NCBI GenBank assembly: GCA_003990765.1 | Contig: RBNJ01000071.1 | Coordinates: 1-44,220 of the forward strand | Direction of reading: 5' to 3' | Source of the DNA: Jimgerdemannia flammicorona | Taxonomy: Eukaryota | DNA length: 44,220 bases | In this document: piece after piece, positions 9,971 to 23,504 of the stretch | Layout of the letters: each line of letters opens with the position of its first letter | How positions within the stretch are numbered: position 1 is the stretch's first letter | Notes under the pieces: generated by a model | Database searches by the model: none | What the model was told of the DNA's origin: nothing | What the model saw: only the letters and a program-made list of their open reading frames with translations | Position numbers and translations under genes: made by a program

Positions 9971-12900
9971 CTCACTATTGTACTCCTGCATTTATTACCA
10001 ATCAGTCTATGATATATTAATACAGATCAACCCTTCACCCAATCCCACAGAGAGCTCCCCACCCCTCCATCCTTCCAGAAGAACACCACCCCCCCAGCCA
10101 CCCCAATCCTCCCCCCACTCTGCCCACAAATCCTTGCTACAAGCCCCCAATAGAGACCCCCTTGGGGTCCCCACTCCTGCTACTATTTATTCAAAAGCTC
10201 CAACACCAATCAGTCTCACCTTACCACCCAAACCCCAAGTGCCAACTGCTGGCCATTCTCAAAAACATACAGCCAATATCTAGCAAACCCAATCCAAATG
10301 GCCAGAGCCCACCCAACTATCAACTACTCATTATCAACCCCTCCAACCAGTCTTGCCCAGAGGACAGCCCACCTCTCCTCCACCATCTGCTCAGGAGGGT
10401 ACATCTCCAGCCAGCCTTCAATAGCCCTCTAGAAGTCCTCTAATATCTCACACTTCTCTAGCCAATATTCAGAGGTCTGAACCACTCTCTCTTTCTATCT
10501 GATATTAAAGCACTTCTCACAATCCAAGGCATTCTCTTTCACCAGATACTCTGACTGAAAGTTCAATATTACATTGTGCTGCAGAAATCTCTATTATACC
10601 ACCCAGTACTTGGGCAGAAGTTACTATGCTACCAACTTATTCTATAACCAGATATTAGCCCAGTTCCACCCTTTACAAATATTCACCACCTGTTAAGCCT
10701 CTGGCTACAAATCTCTCTCTTGTTCTTGAAGATACTCCATATTATTCTTAAGACAGAAATTATCTACTAGTATACTTCCCAACAGAAGATAGTCCCACCT
10801 CCACATCTGAGATCTCCAGTCCTTCTCACTCTCATTATCTCACTAGCAGATACTAATATGATGGGCCCCATCAACCATCTCCCATCAGAAGCTCCTATAG
10901 TGCATCTTCTGACTTCTCTTAAGTATCATCAGAGAGAACAAGTCACCAGATATACCTCTGAGAGAGAACCATATCTTCTATACTCTCTATATAAGAGGAA
11001 CCTACCCTCAACCCCTTAGCTCACTAGCTTACTTCAGCTACTATATCCTCAAGCAGTGTAAGTACTTGGTAAAGTCTACTAGACTAAGGCCCCCCTAGTC
11101 TACCAGTAATATCAACATCTTCCATCTAATCTGATTATATTGTCCAGCCCAGATCTAAGTCCTGACTATCTTCAGAAGCCTCTTTACTACCTATACTAGA
11201 AAGTCCAGATAATATCCCAGATATTATAGCTTAGATAGCTAATATATATTCAATATCATCACCTGTCCTACCAGAGAGATATACTGACCTCCTTAGTCCA
11301 GGAATATATTCTCCCACTTCACCAATTATTACTCTCACTATACTCTAAATAATAGAAAGCTATAATTGAGAAATAAATCCCCAAATAGTAGACCATCTCT
11401 CTAGCTGAGACAATTGTTCCAATCACATTCCTACCTACTATTCTACCTTCTAACATCAGAGTCTTATACTTATATCAGTTAAGTTTGGCTTTTGAGCACT
11501 CTTTATATTATTCTACTACTTTCTTTAATATTGCTATATTCTCTATAGAGTCCAGTCCAACCACCATATCATTGGCAAAGGCTCCCACCTTCCAATTCAC
11601 CCTAAGAATATTCAACCTCCCCACCTTGTGTCAAATTCTATCCAATAGAGACTCTAAGAAAAGAGTATAATAATTAGCAATAGTAGATCACTCTGTAATA
11701 CCCCTCTACTCAGAGGGAAGAAAACTTTCCAAAATCTATTTATCAGAATAGCTATCTGACTCCCCTCCAACAGACTGATCAAGGATCATTAGAATCCTGA
11801 GGGAACTTCAATATACTTCAATACCCCCTTCAGCCATACTCACCAGACCCTATTATATACCTTTTTCTGGTCTAGAAATACTAGATAACTATCTACCCCT
11901 TTAGCTTGTATCTCCTCAATAACTCCATAGACTCACACCATCTCATCTCTAATTAAATAGCTACTAACAAGGCCTCTTGACTCCTCCTCCAGTACTTGCT
12001 GAGTTACTCTCTATAACCTGACTACTAATATCTTCATAATTAACTTGCAATCTATATCTAGAAGTATAATTGACCTCCAGTTCTTCCACTTTTCTCTTCT
12101 CCTCTTATCCTTATACAACAAAGCTATAAGCCCCAGACACTATCCTCCAATTCAAGCTCCAGAGCCAATAACTTCATTATATATCTATATTATCTTCTTC
12201 AATACTATCTTTATGTCTGCTATTCTCTTCCAGAAATTTCAGGACAAGCTATCTTTCCCAGAAGCTATGCTAGGACTCATTATTACCAATATCTAAAGAA
12301 TCTCCTCTCTTTGAACTACTACTCTAAGTTTTCTCAGACTCTCTACCAGATCTGAGTATCAGTTCTCCAGTTACTACTCAATGTCCAGTATACTCTCCCC
12401 ACTCTCCTTCTCACTCCACAATAGTCTCCAATACCCACTCAACTGGCCTAGGATTTTCTAAGTCTTCACTGCTATCTTTTCTAACTCATTTAATACTTTA
12501 TCTCACTGCTGTCTCATCCTTCTTACTTGAAGTCTTGATAGAAACTTTGTAGACCATTCTCTCTCCTTCAAGCCCTGCCACTGCAGTTAGACTACTATAT
12601 TCTTCATCTGCACATCTTTTTCTTATCTTAGTAAACTCTGCAGCTCCTCTACCTCAAGTCTAATCTGCTGAACCCTCTAATCTCTCACTTTCTCATTCTC
12701 TAATAGTTCAGTCTATTCTATCAATAACTCTTCCAACCAATGTGAGGCCCACCATTTATAGTCTCTTCTCTGAGCACTCCTCACTCTCTCAGTCTCTCCC
12801 TAGAACCATTGAACATTAGACCTCAACTACTATTATTGATCCTCAATAGCAAGTCCTTCTGCCTACCAACTAAGGATTCTGGAGTTAATGTCTACTACTC

Positions 12901-15541
12901 AGTCATCTTACAAAGGGGGCTCATCCAACAAGAAAGTGTTCAGATACTAATGTTTGGATCTCTTCCCACTTTCTCCAGATTATTCATATCTCAGAAGACC
13001 TCAATGGTCAGATTATAAGTATTATACTATCTCTAATAATTTCCAGACATCTCTTCTCTAGTACTCAGCAGTCAGGATCCAGTCAATCCTTGAGCCAAGC
13101 CCAGTTACCCAATATATATAAATCTAGTGATCTCCCCACACTTATTAGCCCATATCCACTAGAGAGCTTAGTCTCTCAATTTTCTCTCAGTCTCACTTCT
13201 TCTAGACAGTTCCCTTCCACCATCTGTTCTATTCATCCTTCTATCATAAAACATACATATTAAAGTTTTCACCCAAGTAGTCAATCTCTATCTCTATCAG
13301 AGTATCTAAGTCCTATACTCTCCTTATCCACTCTAAGTGGGTCTCTCTTTCTATAGAGCAATAGTAAGATCCAACAACTACTGGGCCCCAGCCTGGTCTC
13401 TGCCACCTCTCCTAAACCACTTAACCCCCCTAGTGTCTAATGTCCCCAATATCTCCCTTCTCCTTCCAAACTAAAATATCCACCCTGTCTCTCTATATAG
13501 CTACACCCCCCCCTCTCCATTCTCTTGTCCAGTCTAATATATCTAAGTCCTCATCACATCTAATATTCTGTAGTAAGAATAAATCAGCATCCAGCTCTCT
13601 TAGTTAGCAGAAAATATTTTAATACTATACTGCTCCCCACAATCTATTAATATTCAGAGAGAAAATCCTAGTTATACTATTTATATTGAATAATATTTGA
13701 AGAAGAACCACCTGCTCTATAATTCCATACTCACTATATCACCGGCTACATCCAAGTTTTTTTTAGCCTCAAGTTCATCTACCTCTTTCTATTAAGTATC
13801 TAGAGCTACCAATACCTCTAGATAGTTCTCTCTATCCTATGTCTCTATAGAAGACTAGTATTTCTCACACACTATCTGCTATTTTTCCAATCCCTTTCTT
13901 GGGCTCTATAGATAAGCTGTGCAATTATTTATAATTGCCAGAAGTACTGCCTCTCTGTTGGTATCCACCTCATACTTCTCTACCTTCAGCAGGACTGCCA
14001 TTAACTCATCTCAGAGCTTTTACACTATCTTCTCTTCCATAAGATGGTATCCTAATATACCTTATCAATAATATAAAAATCAATCTCCTCTAACTCATCA
14101 GCTGTAATATTCATCAGTGTCTTCCACAATTATTTCTCATCTTCAATAGCCTTCTCTACCCTCAGGGCCATCTCCTACCCTCCTACTCTCTGGCCTCCAT
14201 CAGTATTTGATCTTACTGACTCATTCTAGTTCTTCTCTAGTATATTCTATAGCTCTTTAGTCTCTCTTCCCCTGGTGGAGACCCTATACCAAACTCAGGC
14301 CCCCTCTGTTATCACCTTATCTTCAGCCACTATATTCTACTCCTGAACTCTACCCCCTCTCAGGGCCTTCTTCTGAGCTATTCTCTTCTCTCCTGTTCAG
14401 GTACTAGCTCATAAATCAACTCTTTCAGTAATATCTCCCTCTTCTATACTTTCTTTCAAACTTATCAACAGATTCTTCTATTTCTGTCTCTCTTAAGCTC
14501 TCTTCTAAGAAGCTTGATCTAGTTATACTCTCTTGCTATTACCAATCTCTACTACTGTCCTAGTCTCAAACTTCTTCTAGTCTAGTCTTCTTCTCTCTAC
14601 TACTTTAGTCAGATCCCCCAATATCTCTAGCAAATCCTCCTCCTCCTCAGATATTCCCTTTACTCTTGAGATCTTGTACTCCACCAGATACCACTTTAGT
14701 ACTACTAGCCAATTTCTCTCTTTCTTAGTATTCTTCTTTCCTACCAGCCTCACTCTGATATCCATATCTCCTATCCTAAACTCCATACTCTTCTAGACCC
14801 AGAAACTGATATCTACAATATCTCCATACTCCTTGATAGTATCTATAATTAATCTTCTGACCTCCTCCTTCTTCACTGTTAATATATTAGCTACTATCAG
14901 CTGAATCATCCAGAGGTCTCAGTATAAGTATTGAGCTATAGAGATTGCCATCCTCCTGATCATCACTTCTTTCTCCAATATTCTCAGTATTAAATTCTTC
15001 TTCTCAAAGTCTACCTCCACTCCCTCAAACTCATTCAGGAACTTCCCTAAGACTGCTCTCTTCATCTTCTAGACTAGAAGCTTCAGAACTATTTTTACTA
15101 TGACTGCTAAGCCCCAGAAGTACAAAGTGACTATAAATTCAGATACTGATTTCTTGAGTAATAGTACTATCATCAGGCCTATCACACTATCTACTAAGTC
15201 TCTAGACTTTATGCCTCCCCTCTGCCCAGACCCTCTATCAGCTGTCACATCTGGATTTTTTTCCAGATTAGTAGTTCTCCCTCTATCAGCAGTCTCTCTC
15301 TCTTCCCCAGTTACTACTCTCCTAACCCTACCACCACTACCACCCTGAGCAGCTTCTCTAGGCTCTACAGTTCTCATCTTCTTCTTGTCTCTCTATAGTC
15401 AGCCTTCCAAGCCCACTAACTGATCACTAGCCTTGACCTTATTAGCAAAGCTCACTCTCCCAGTCTCCTGCCCACTAGTGCCTTGTCTTTTACTATTGTC
15501 AACCCTATATCTACCCAAATGAGAGCCCAACAGACTTCTCC
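9969..15541 (-). mobile_element. Degenerate full-length L1/Tx1-like LINE, copy A (older)
   Basis: ORF1 remnant (NLEKNPDV..LLKKSVSEFIVTLYF) is homologous to copy B. APE start (RIFSLNIN) is near 13684. RT motifs: GAFANDMV ~11570 and SAQKPNLT/AKLN-type segment ~11500. The 3' end resembles that of copy B (tcact..actcc..tttatt..gtctatga). Many TAG/TAA stops. Confidence 0.85.
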
Positions 15542-18500
15542 TTTTTTTTTTTTTATAGTCACTTGGACTCCATCTTTATTACTAGTCTATGAATAAGTAT
15601 ATAGTTTCACTACCCACTACCCAATCTCCATAGGGGAGCCCCTCTCCACCCCCTCATGAATAAAGATCACCCTCTCACCTACCACTCCAACTCTTCCCCC
15701 TCTCTGCCCACAGATTTTCTCTACCAAGTAGTGCCTCTAACCACCCTGCAGCCTCCAACCAAGCCACCAGCCTGTCAAGGCATCTTCCATAAGCCTATGC
15801 CACTACAACAACTGGTCTCCTAAGCCCTGTCTCCTCTTATCCTCAAAAACAAATAGTCAGTGACTGGCCAGCCCCACCCAAATGACCAAAGCCCAGTCTA
15901 AGGTAAGCTACTCCTTTCCCACCCCCCCTATCAAATGATTCTTCAAATCCTCCCACTGCCCCCATACTTCATCTCCCCTATGCCATACCTCTAAGCAAAT
16001 CTCAATGGCCCACCAAAAGTCTCCCAGCACCTCACACTCTCCTAGCCAATGTTCTGGCATCTGTATATAGCCCCCTTTCTGCCCTACATTAAGGCACTCC
16101 TCACAGTCAAAGCAACCCCCTATGACAAGGTGATCTGAGCAGAAGTTGAGTATTACATTTCTCCTCAGCATGTGCCACCAAACCACCCAGTACTTCAGTG
16201 GCATCCACTTTCTTATTGCAGTACTCCAGGTCCAAACACCATATCAGTTCTACTCTTCTCCAATTCTGACTCCTTGCCAACCACTAGGCTACAGATCTAG
16301 GCCCAGTCCCCTTTGGCATTCCATTCCATCACTAATGTTGAACTCAATTAAAGGAATGCCACTCAACAGAATACGATCCCATCTCCATATCACTAGGTCC
16401 CAAGCCACCTCCCCTTTATTCCCCTGCTAACAAATTCCAATGTGGTGCACCCCCTCTACTATCCCCTACCAGAATCCTTTATATTGCAATTGTTCAGTGT
16501 TTTGAAGTCCAACCAATGAAAGGAGATTGCCAGTTAAGCCTCTTAGTGATGACTGCCTCTCCCAGATCTTCTGCAGTAGTGGAACCCAACCACCTCCTCT
16601 CAGCTCCACTGCTCTCTTTAGCTACCATGCTCTCAAGCAGTGTAGATGTTTTGGAAAGTCAACCAGCTCAAGACCACTTCTAGCCACTGGTAAGGATAAG
16701 GTCTCCCAACTGATCTGACTCTGTCTGCCAGCCCAGATCTATTCCTTTGCCAACTTTATCAATCTCTTCACCATCTAGGCTGGGAAGTCCAGATGATAAG
16801 CCAGATACCATAACTTTGGCAGCCAATAGACATTCAAAACTGAGATACACCCTGCTAGAGAAAAGTGCCATCCCCCCCAACCCCACAGGGCCTCCTCCCA
16901 GATTCTGATCCTCTGCTCCCACCAAAGCCTGGGCAGAACTGACCCATAGACTAACAAATAGATGCCCAAGTATCACACTGTCTCACCTGTAGGGACGATT
17001 GTTCCTATAATCTCTCCTCCCACCAAGCCATTGCCTAGCACCATTGTTTCACACTTGTACCAATTAAGCTTAGCCCCAGAGTTCTCCTCATACCACTCCA
17101 CTGTCTTCTTGAGCTCCTCAACATCAGCAATCGATCCCAGGCCAACTACTATGTCATCCGCAAAGGCCCCAACTTTCCACCCAATATCAAAAACAAAGAG
17201 TCCTACTATCCTCCACCTAATTCTGTCCATCAGGGGTTCCAGAGAAAGAGTATACAAAATGAGAGACAGTGGGTCCCCCAGGGTACCCCCCTACCCAGGG
17301 GAAATATTACCCCTCTATATCCATTATACATGAGTGCAGCCCTACTCCCTTCCAGTAGGCTGACCATTGCTGACCAGAATTGGCACAGAACCCCAGTTCT
17401 ATCCAGTACTTTTGCCAGCCAGACTCATCACATCTGGTTATAAGTCTTCTTCTGGTCCAAGAAGACTAGATGCCCATCCAGTCCACAGGCCCTTACCCCT
17501 TCAATAACTCCATGTACCCAGGCTGTATCATCCCTAATGAGCTGACCACCCACAAATCCCCTCTGCTCAACACCTATGACTTGCTGGGCCACCTTCTGTA
17601 GCCTTGCAACCACCACCTTAGTTACCAACTTTCTGTCCATATCTAACAACATTATCAGTCACCAGTTCTTTCAATCCTCTTGCCTTCCTTTGTTCTTATA
17701 AAACAGTACCACCAGCCCAAGATTCTGCTCTCTCACCCATCTCTCTATTTGTAGGATAGAGTCACATAGTGCCGTCATCTCTCCCATCACATCTGGGACT
17801 CTCACTATTCGCTTCCAAAAGTCCCAGGGCAGACCATCCTCCCCAGGTGCCATCTCTGGTATTGTCGTGGCAAGAACCTGGTGGATCTCCTCCTCCTGTA
17901 CCAGTATCACTAAGTCACCTAGCCCCTCTACTCATAGTGGGTGTCAATTCTCCAATGTTCAGTCAATGGTAGCAGTATCCACCCCACCCTCCTTCTCACT
18001 CCACAATCTACTCCATTGCTCCTTCAATGATCCAAGAATGTCTTGTACACCATGTACCAGTATACTATCAGAGTCAAGTACCCCTTCCCACCATTGCTGT
18101 ACCCTTCTTGCCCTAAGGGCCCTTATAAGAAACTTGGAAGGCCTCTCTCCTTCCTCCATATCTTGCCAATGAAGCCTTGCTGCCAAGCTTTGTACCCTCA
18201 CCTCTTCCTCTTCCCACAGTATCTGTTGTAGTTTCCTAACCTCCATCTTCACCCTCATTAGTCTCCAATTTTCTTCCCTCTCCAATATCACCAGCCTTGT
18301 CCACTCCTCCAGTAGCCTGGCCAATCTAGTAGAAGTCCAATGCACTCTTTGTCTTCTCTGCTTCCCTACCTTCTTGCCAGCCTCACTCTAGTAAATCTTG
18401 GCCATCTCTTTCATCCTCATCCACCAAACCCCAATTAAGGTACCTTTTTGCCACCAGTTCTCCACCCTCAGCTGAATGTCCTTAGCCCACTCATCTCACT

Positions 18501-21300
18501 GGGTCTTGTCATTTAATAAAGAGGAATTTAGGCACCAATGTCCAGGCCCATCCCCACTCCCCCCAAAGTACTCCTGACCCAAAAGCCCCCAGTAATCCAA
18601 CCATGGACACCATTCTACCTCCAGAGATTTCCAAACATCTAAGCCCCAGCAACTGGCCATTAGAATCCAGTCTATCCTTGTCCCCAGGCCCCCTGCTCAA
18701 TGCATATAAACCCTCCTATCCCCCCAGTACTCTCTGCCTACATCTACCAGTACACTTAGTCATTCTACTTCCTCCCATGCTGTCAGTCCTCCACTCCTGC
18801 TCTCAGCACCCCATCCTCCATCTATTCTATTCATCAGTATATCCCAAACCATATTGAAATCTCCTCCAAGCATATCCACCCCAGCCTCTGCAAGGATCCC
18901 ACTCTCCTGGAGACCCTTCACCCAATCTACATGTTCACCCCATACAATAGGGCAATAACAGGAGCCCACCATAACTGGCTCCCAGCCTGCATGAATCCAC
19001 TTACCCCAGACCAGTCTCTCCCCCTAGCTCCTCATATCCCTAATCTCCCCTCTGCCTTTTCAAACCAGAATTCCCACCTTGTCCTTCCAAATTACCACAC
19101 CTCTCCATTCCTTTGTCCATTCCATCCTATCGAAATCATCCTCACACCTAACATCCTGCAAGAGGAAGAGATCAGCCTCCAATCCCTTCAGCTAAGTAAA
19201 AATGTTTCTATGTCTAGCAGCTCCCTGTAACCCATTCACATTCAAAGAAAAAATGTTAGTTGTACTGTTCATAATGGAATACATTTTGTTATCAATCAAT
19301 TCTTACTACTCTATGTTCATCTCCTTCTGTGCCATGTTCAGATTATGTTCTACAGTCTCCTCCTCCTCTTCAGCCCTCTGAGCCTCTAATCCAGCCAGCA
19401 GGTCATTCATCTCCCCATCTGCCTTTTCCTCAAACTCCTCCTAGTACTCTAGGCAGGCCTCCTGCCAGAGCTGTAGTCTATGATACCTGTTCCAGCAGTA
19501 TTCAGCCCTCTCCCCAGTGATAACTGCCATCTCTACCTCTCGCTCCTTATCTATCTCATACCCTTCCTCCTCCAGATATACTACAAGGATTTCTGCCTTC
19601 AACACCTTCATCACTCCATCTCCCTGCAGTATCTGTACCCAATGCTCATCACTCATCACTCTCAAGTCCACCTCTCCCAACTCTTCTGCTGCTAGGTTAT
19701 TCATTATCTGGCATATCCAAAGTAGGTTCCCTACCTCCTTCCCTCCAGGAGTCACTGGCCTCCCTCCATCCAGCATCATGGTGTCAGCCTCAGTGCTTGC
19801 AGACTCATCTCATATCTCCGAGACATCCACCAGTTCCTCCTCTCCAGCAGCCACTACTTGTCCCCTATTAGCTACCTCTGGAACTCTGAATTTCACCCTC
19901 TGGGCCCTCTATATTGGCACATCCTCCACCACCCTATTACAGGAAGCTGGGCCTCACCTAATAAGAGGAGTTGGGATAGAGGAGTCCTCCCAGTCCACCT
20001 CCCAGATCTCCAGTCTACCATCAGTATATGGGTCATTACCAGTCACCTCCTTATCCTTCCTTGTCTCCTTCTCGACTTTCCCACCCCTCTTGCTAGTCCA
20101 GACACTGGCTTTGGTCCCCCCTGTACTCTTCATCTTGCTCACATCCTCCAGTGATCTGCCTTCCAGCTTAGCCAGCAGCTTCCTCTATCTCTTATGCCCC
20201 TGAGCCCTTTCCCACTACTCCTTGTCCACTCAAATCTGCTTTCCATCCACTACCTCCAAGTGTGTCATCTCTACAAAAGCCTTTCAAGCCTTCACTTACC
20301 ACTTTATAGCACCACTCAACTCTTCTAGTGCCTCCAATAAATCCTCCTCCTCCTCCTCACTTCCCTTCACCCTTGTCACCTTATACAAGATCACACCCCA
20401 GACCATTACTGAAGGCCAGTCCCTCGCCTTCCCAGTAGTCTCTTTTCCAGCTAGCTAAATCCTCACATTCACATCACCAGTCCTGAGCAAGATCTCTTCC
20501 CAGACCCTGAATCTGATATCTACCACCTCTCTATATTCTGCCATGACTTCTTCAACTCTCCTTCTCATCTCTACTACTATCACCATGGGCACTCCTTTCA
20601 CTAGTAGTTGGACCACCCTGGGATCCTACTTCAGGCAGTGCACTATTAGAACATATACCTCTCCAACTACTAATCCAACCTTCAGCGCCTCCTCCAGTGA
20701 CTCAGCCTTTTCAAAACCCATCTCCACTCCCTGCAGTCTCTTCAAAAACTTCACTGACACAGCTCCTGCCACCTGCTTAGCAATAAGCCCCAGCACCATT
20801 TTCACCATTATTACTAAGCCTTGGAAGTACAGTGTAACTGCAAATGCTGAGATCGATTTTTTGAGTAATGGGGCCACCACCAGGCTTGTTATGCCATCTA
20901 CCAAATCTCCTTGTCTTCTAAGCCTCAACCACTTAGCCTCACCATCAGCCATCACATCTGGATTTTTTTCCAGATTGGCAGTCCCATTGCCATCAGCAGT
21001 CACACTCCCTCCAGCCACTACTCTCCCAGCTCCACTACCCCTCCTTCCAAGGGCTACTCCCCTCCACACTGCTGCCTTCTTAGTCTCCTTGCCCTTCCTC
21101 AGCCAGCCCTCTAGCCCTGATGTCTGCTATCTCCCCTTCACTATCTCTGCAAAGCTCGCCCTCCTGGACCCTTGGCCTCCATCACTACTTCTATGTCCAC
21201 CTGCCAGCAGTCCTCTCAAGCCCCCCCCAGGCCTGGGCCTCTCCCCAACTGCTGTCAGTTGAAAGTGCTTGGGCCACTCTACCCAGTATGCACCTCAGAT
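15542..21300 (-). mobile_element. Degenerate full-length L1/Tx1-like LINE, copy B
   Basis: Poly(A) tail is the T run at 15542-15554. ORF2 from ~19272: APE motifs (FSLNVNG, GGDFN, RLD), RT motifs (APGEDGLP, LLDMDRKLVTK, EQRGF, FLDQKK, GDPLS, GAFADDI, SGAKLN) and a C-terminal C..C..EH..C. ORF1 spans ~19300-21200. The 5' boundary is approximate. Confidence 0.92.
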
Positions 21301-21399
21301 TGCCTGTTGGTCATCATGTTGTTAGTCTCTTTTCTCCAAAAATAATGTTGTAAGTGCTTTTCCAAAGGTTGTATAACCTGAATAGTACCAGAGAAAGAA

Positions 21400-23015
21400 T
21401 ATTTGACCAAGTGATGGCTATTAAGTATTGTCAGTCAATAAATAATTATATACTATTTTCTCAAATAGATAGTATGTAATCTTCAGCCTTTTTCAACAGC
21501 AGATGATCAGGAGTTTCATCAGTTTATCAAGAGTCTCAATCTACAGTATTGTCTCCTATTCAGTAATCATACAAAGAATCTTATTATGAAACAGTATACC
21601 TCTTATAAGATTGTTATTGTAGCAATCTTATAGAATATACCAGGCTCTATTATATTGACTGCAGATAATAAGAGTTTTATTATAAGTGATAGTTATCTTG
21701 GACTTATAGTATACTTTATTGATACTTAGTGGATTATGCAGAGTATTATCTTATCTATTGAATCAATACCAAGTCTGTATATCAGCCTTCTCATCAAAGA
21801 CACTATTTTGGAAATTCTAAAAGATTTTGGTATTAAATCTAAACTTCATGCCTTAGTGACAGATAATGTAATAAATATAGTAAAAGAATTCAGACTTATT
21901 GATGAAAAATTATCTCAGCAAATCTATCATATTTGGTATTTAGCTCATGTATTCATCTTACTATTCAAGAGAGATTTAAGATCAATAGTATTGATGATAA
22001 ATATGATAATGATAATAACATTATCAGTAATCTAATTATCAAACTCTGACTTTACATCAGTACTATAAAAAGAAGTCTAAAGCTTTTGTATAAGCTTTTA
22101 GAACTTTGTAAACACAATAATGAGCCATCTATTACACTTTTAACAGATGTACCAAATTGCTAGAACTCAATTTATAAGATGATTGAAATAGCTTTTAAAG
22201 TATAGTGATTTTTTTAAAGAAAGATCTGTTCTTAAAGAAAATAAACTTACAATAAATAATAAGGAGACAATAACTGACATATCTCAGAATCTTCAACTAT
22301 TTGATTTAATAATATAAGTTTTATCAGTACATAACTATCTAATGTTATATTGAGTTTACAATATATATATAACTTATCAGAAAATTAGATAAAAACTGAA
22401 TTCTATATAATGAAAATATAATAGCAAAACTCCACCAATATTGAGAAAAGTTTCCAACTACAATACATCTAGTAACAATACTCTATCTATATTAAAAAAT
22501 ACAGCCACTAATTCACCAAGTTGATACAAAAACAACTGTTAACAAACTTATCAAAATATATATTAATCTTCTCAAACATCATGCAAAAATATATATTGAC
22601 AACTATATGACAGTAACAAAAAGTAATATACCTCCACCTATTATACTAAAGAAATAAAAGTCTGATATATCTACTTGGGAGAAATTTATAGAAAAAACTA
22701 CTTTATCATCAGAGTAGTCTGCTAGACTTATCTCAAAAACTAATATTCATAACTCTGATTATGAAGTTATACTAATATAACAGTATTATATGATAGTAAT
22801 CAGTCTCATATATTAGAGTAATAGAAAATCCATGAAGCAGAGTTTTCAATACTTACAAGTATGATATATAATTGCTTTACTATTATAGCAATAAGTATAC
22901 CTTATGAATCTCTTTTTTCAATTACTGGTAATATTATTACAAAAAATCATAATTGGTTAAGTCTATAAACAGCAAAAGCCCTTCTATGTTTAAAGTTATA
23001 GTATAGCTTTAACTC
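21400..23015 (+). mobile_element. hAT transposase relic, 5'-truncated
   Basis: Motif remnants: LQPFSTADDQEF, SYLGLIVYFID, LVTDNVINIVK (TDNASNM), IWYLAHV (RCFAH), DVPNC*NSIY (DVPTRWNST), and dimerization domain LE**KIHEAEF...ESLFS...TAKALLCLK. Confidence 0.88.
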
Positions 23016-23504
23016 TAAATTATTATAATATATTTTTATCAATTTTTTTTTTTTTTTTTTTTTTTGATAATACCTATCAGGCAGTATCTTTTTATTCAAC
23101 AATTCCAAATTCTAAATTATTCTACAGCATTATACCTATCTCTGCCCTCAGAAATATAAGAGTCCTATACTTATTAAAACTATAGAGCCCACTTTATTAA
23201 AATTGTTACCATTTCAATTTTTATTTTTCAATATTATTTTTATTTTATATTTCCTATAATTATATACTCCAGCAATATGTCTGAATAAATGATAGTTTGA
23301 AACTTTGTGAAATCAATCTATTTTCTAAACAGTTTATCATCTTTTGATAAATTAGTACTCTTTTGATATAGAAAGTGACTGAAGCTGCTTATAATATGAA
23401 ATATTTCTATATGCTGAGAAGTACATTATATTTAGTTTAGTCTTATTTTTAGTCACTATTTAGTTTACTCAGATTTAGGCAGTATATATCAAAAGTGAGA
23501 TACA

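Noticed and set aside
19517-21262. Plus-strand Ser/Thr/Pro-rich ORFs of 228 and 239 aa
   Set aside because: Antisense to the purine-rich LINE ORF1.
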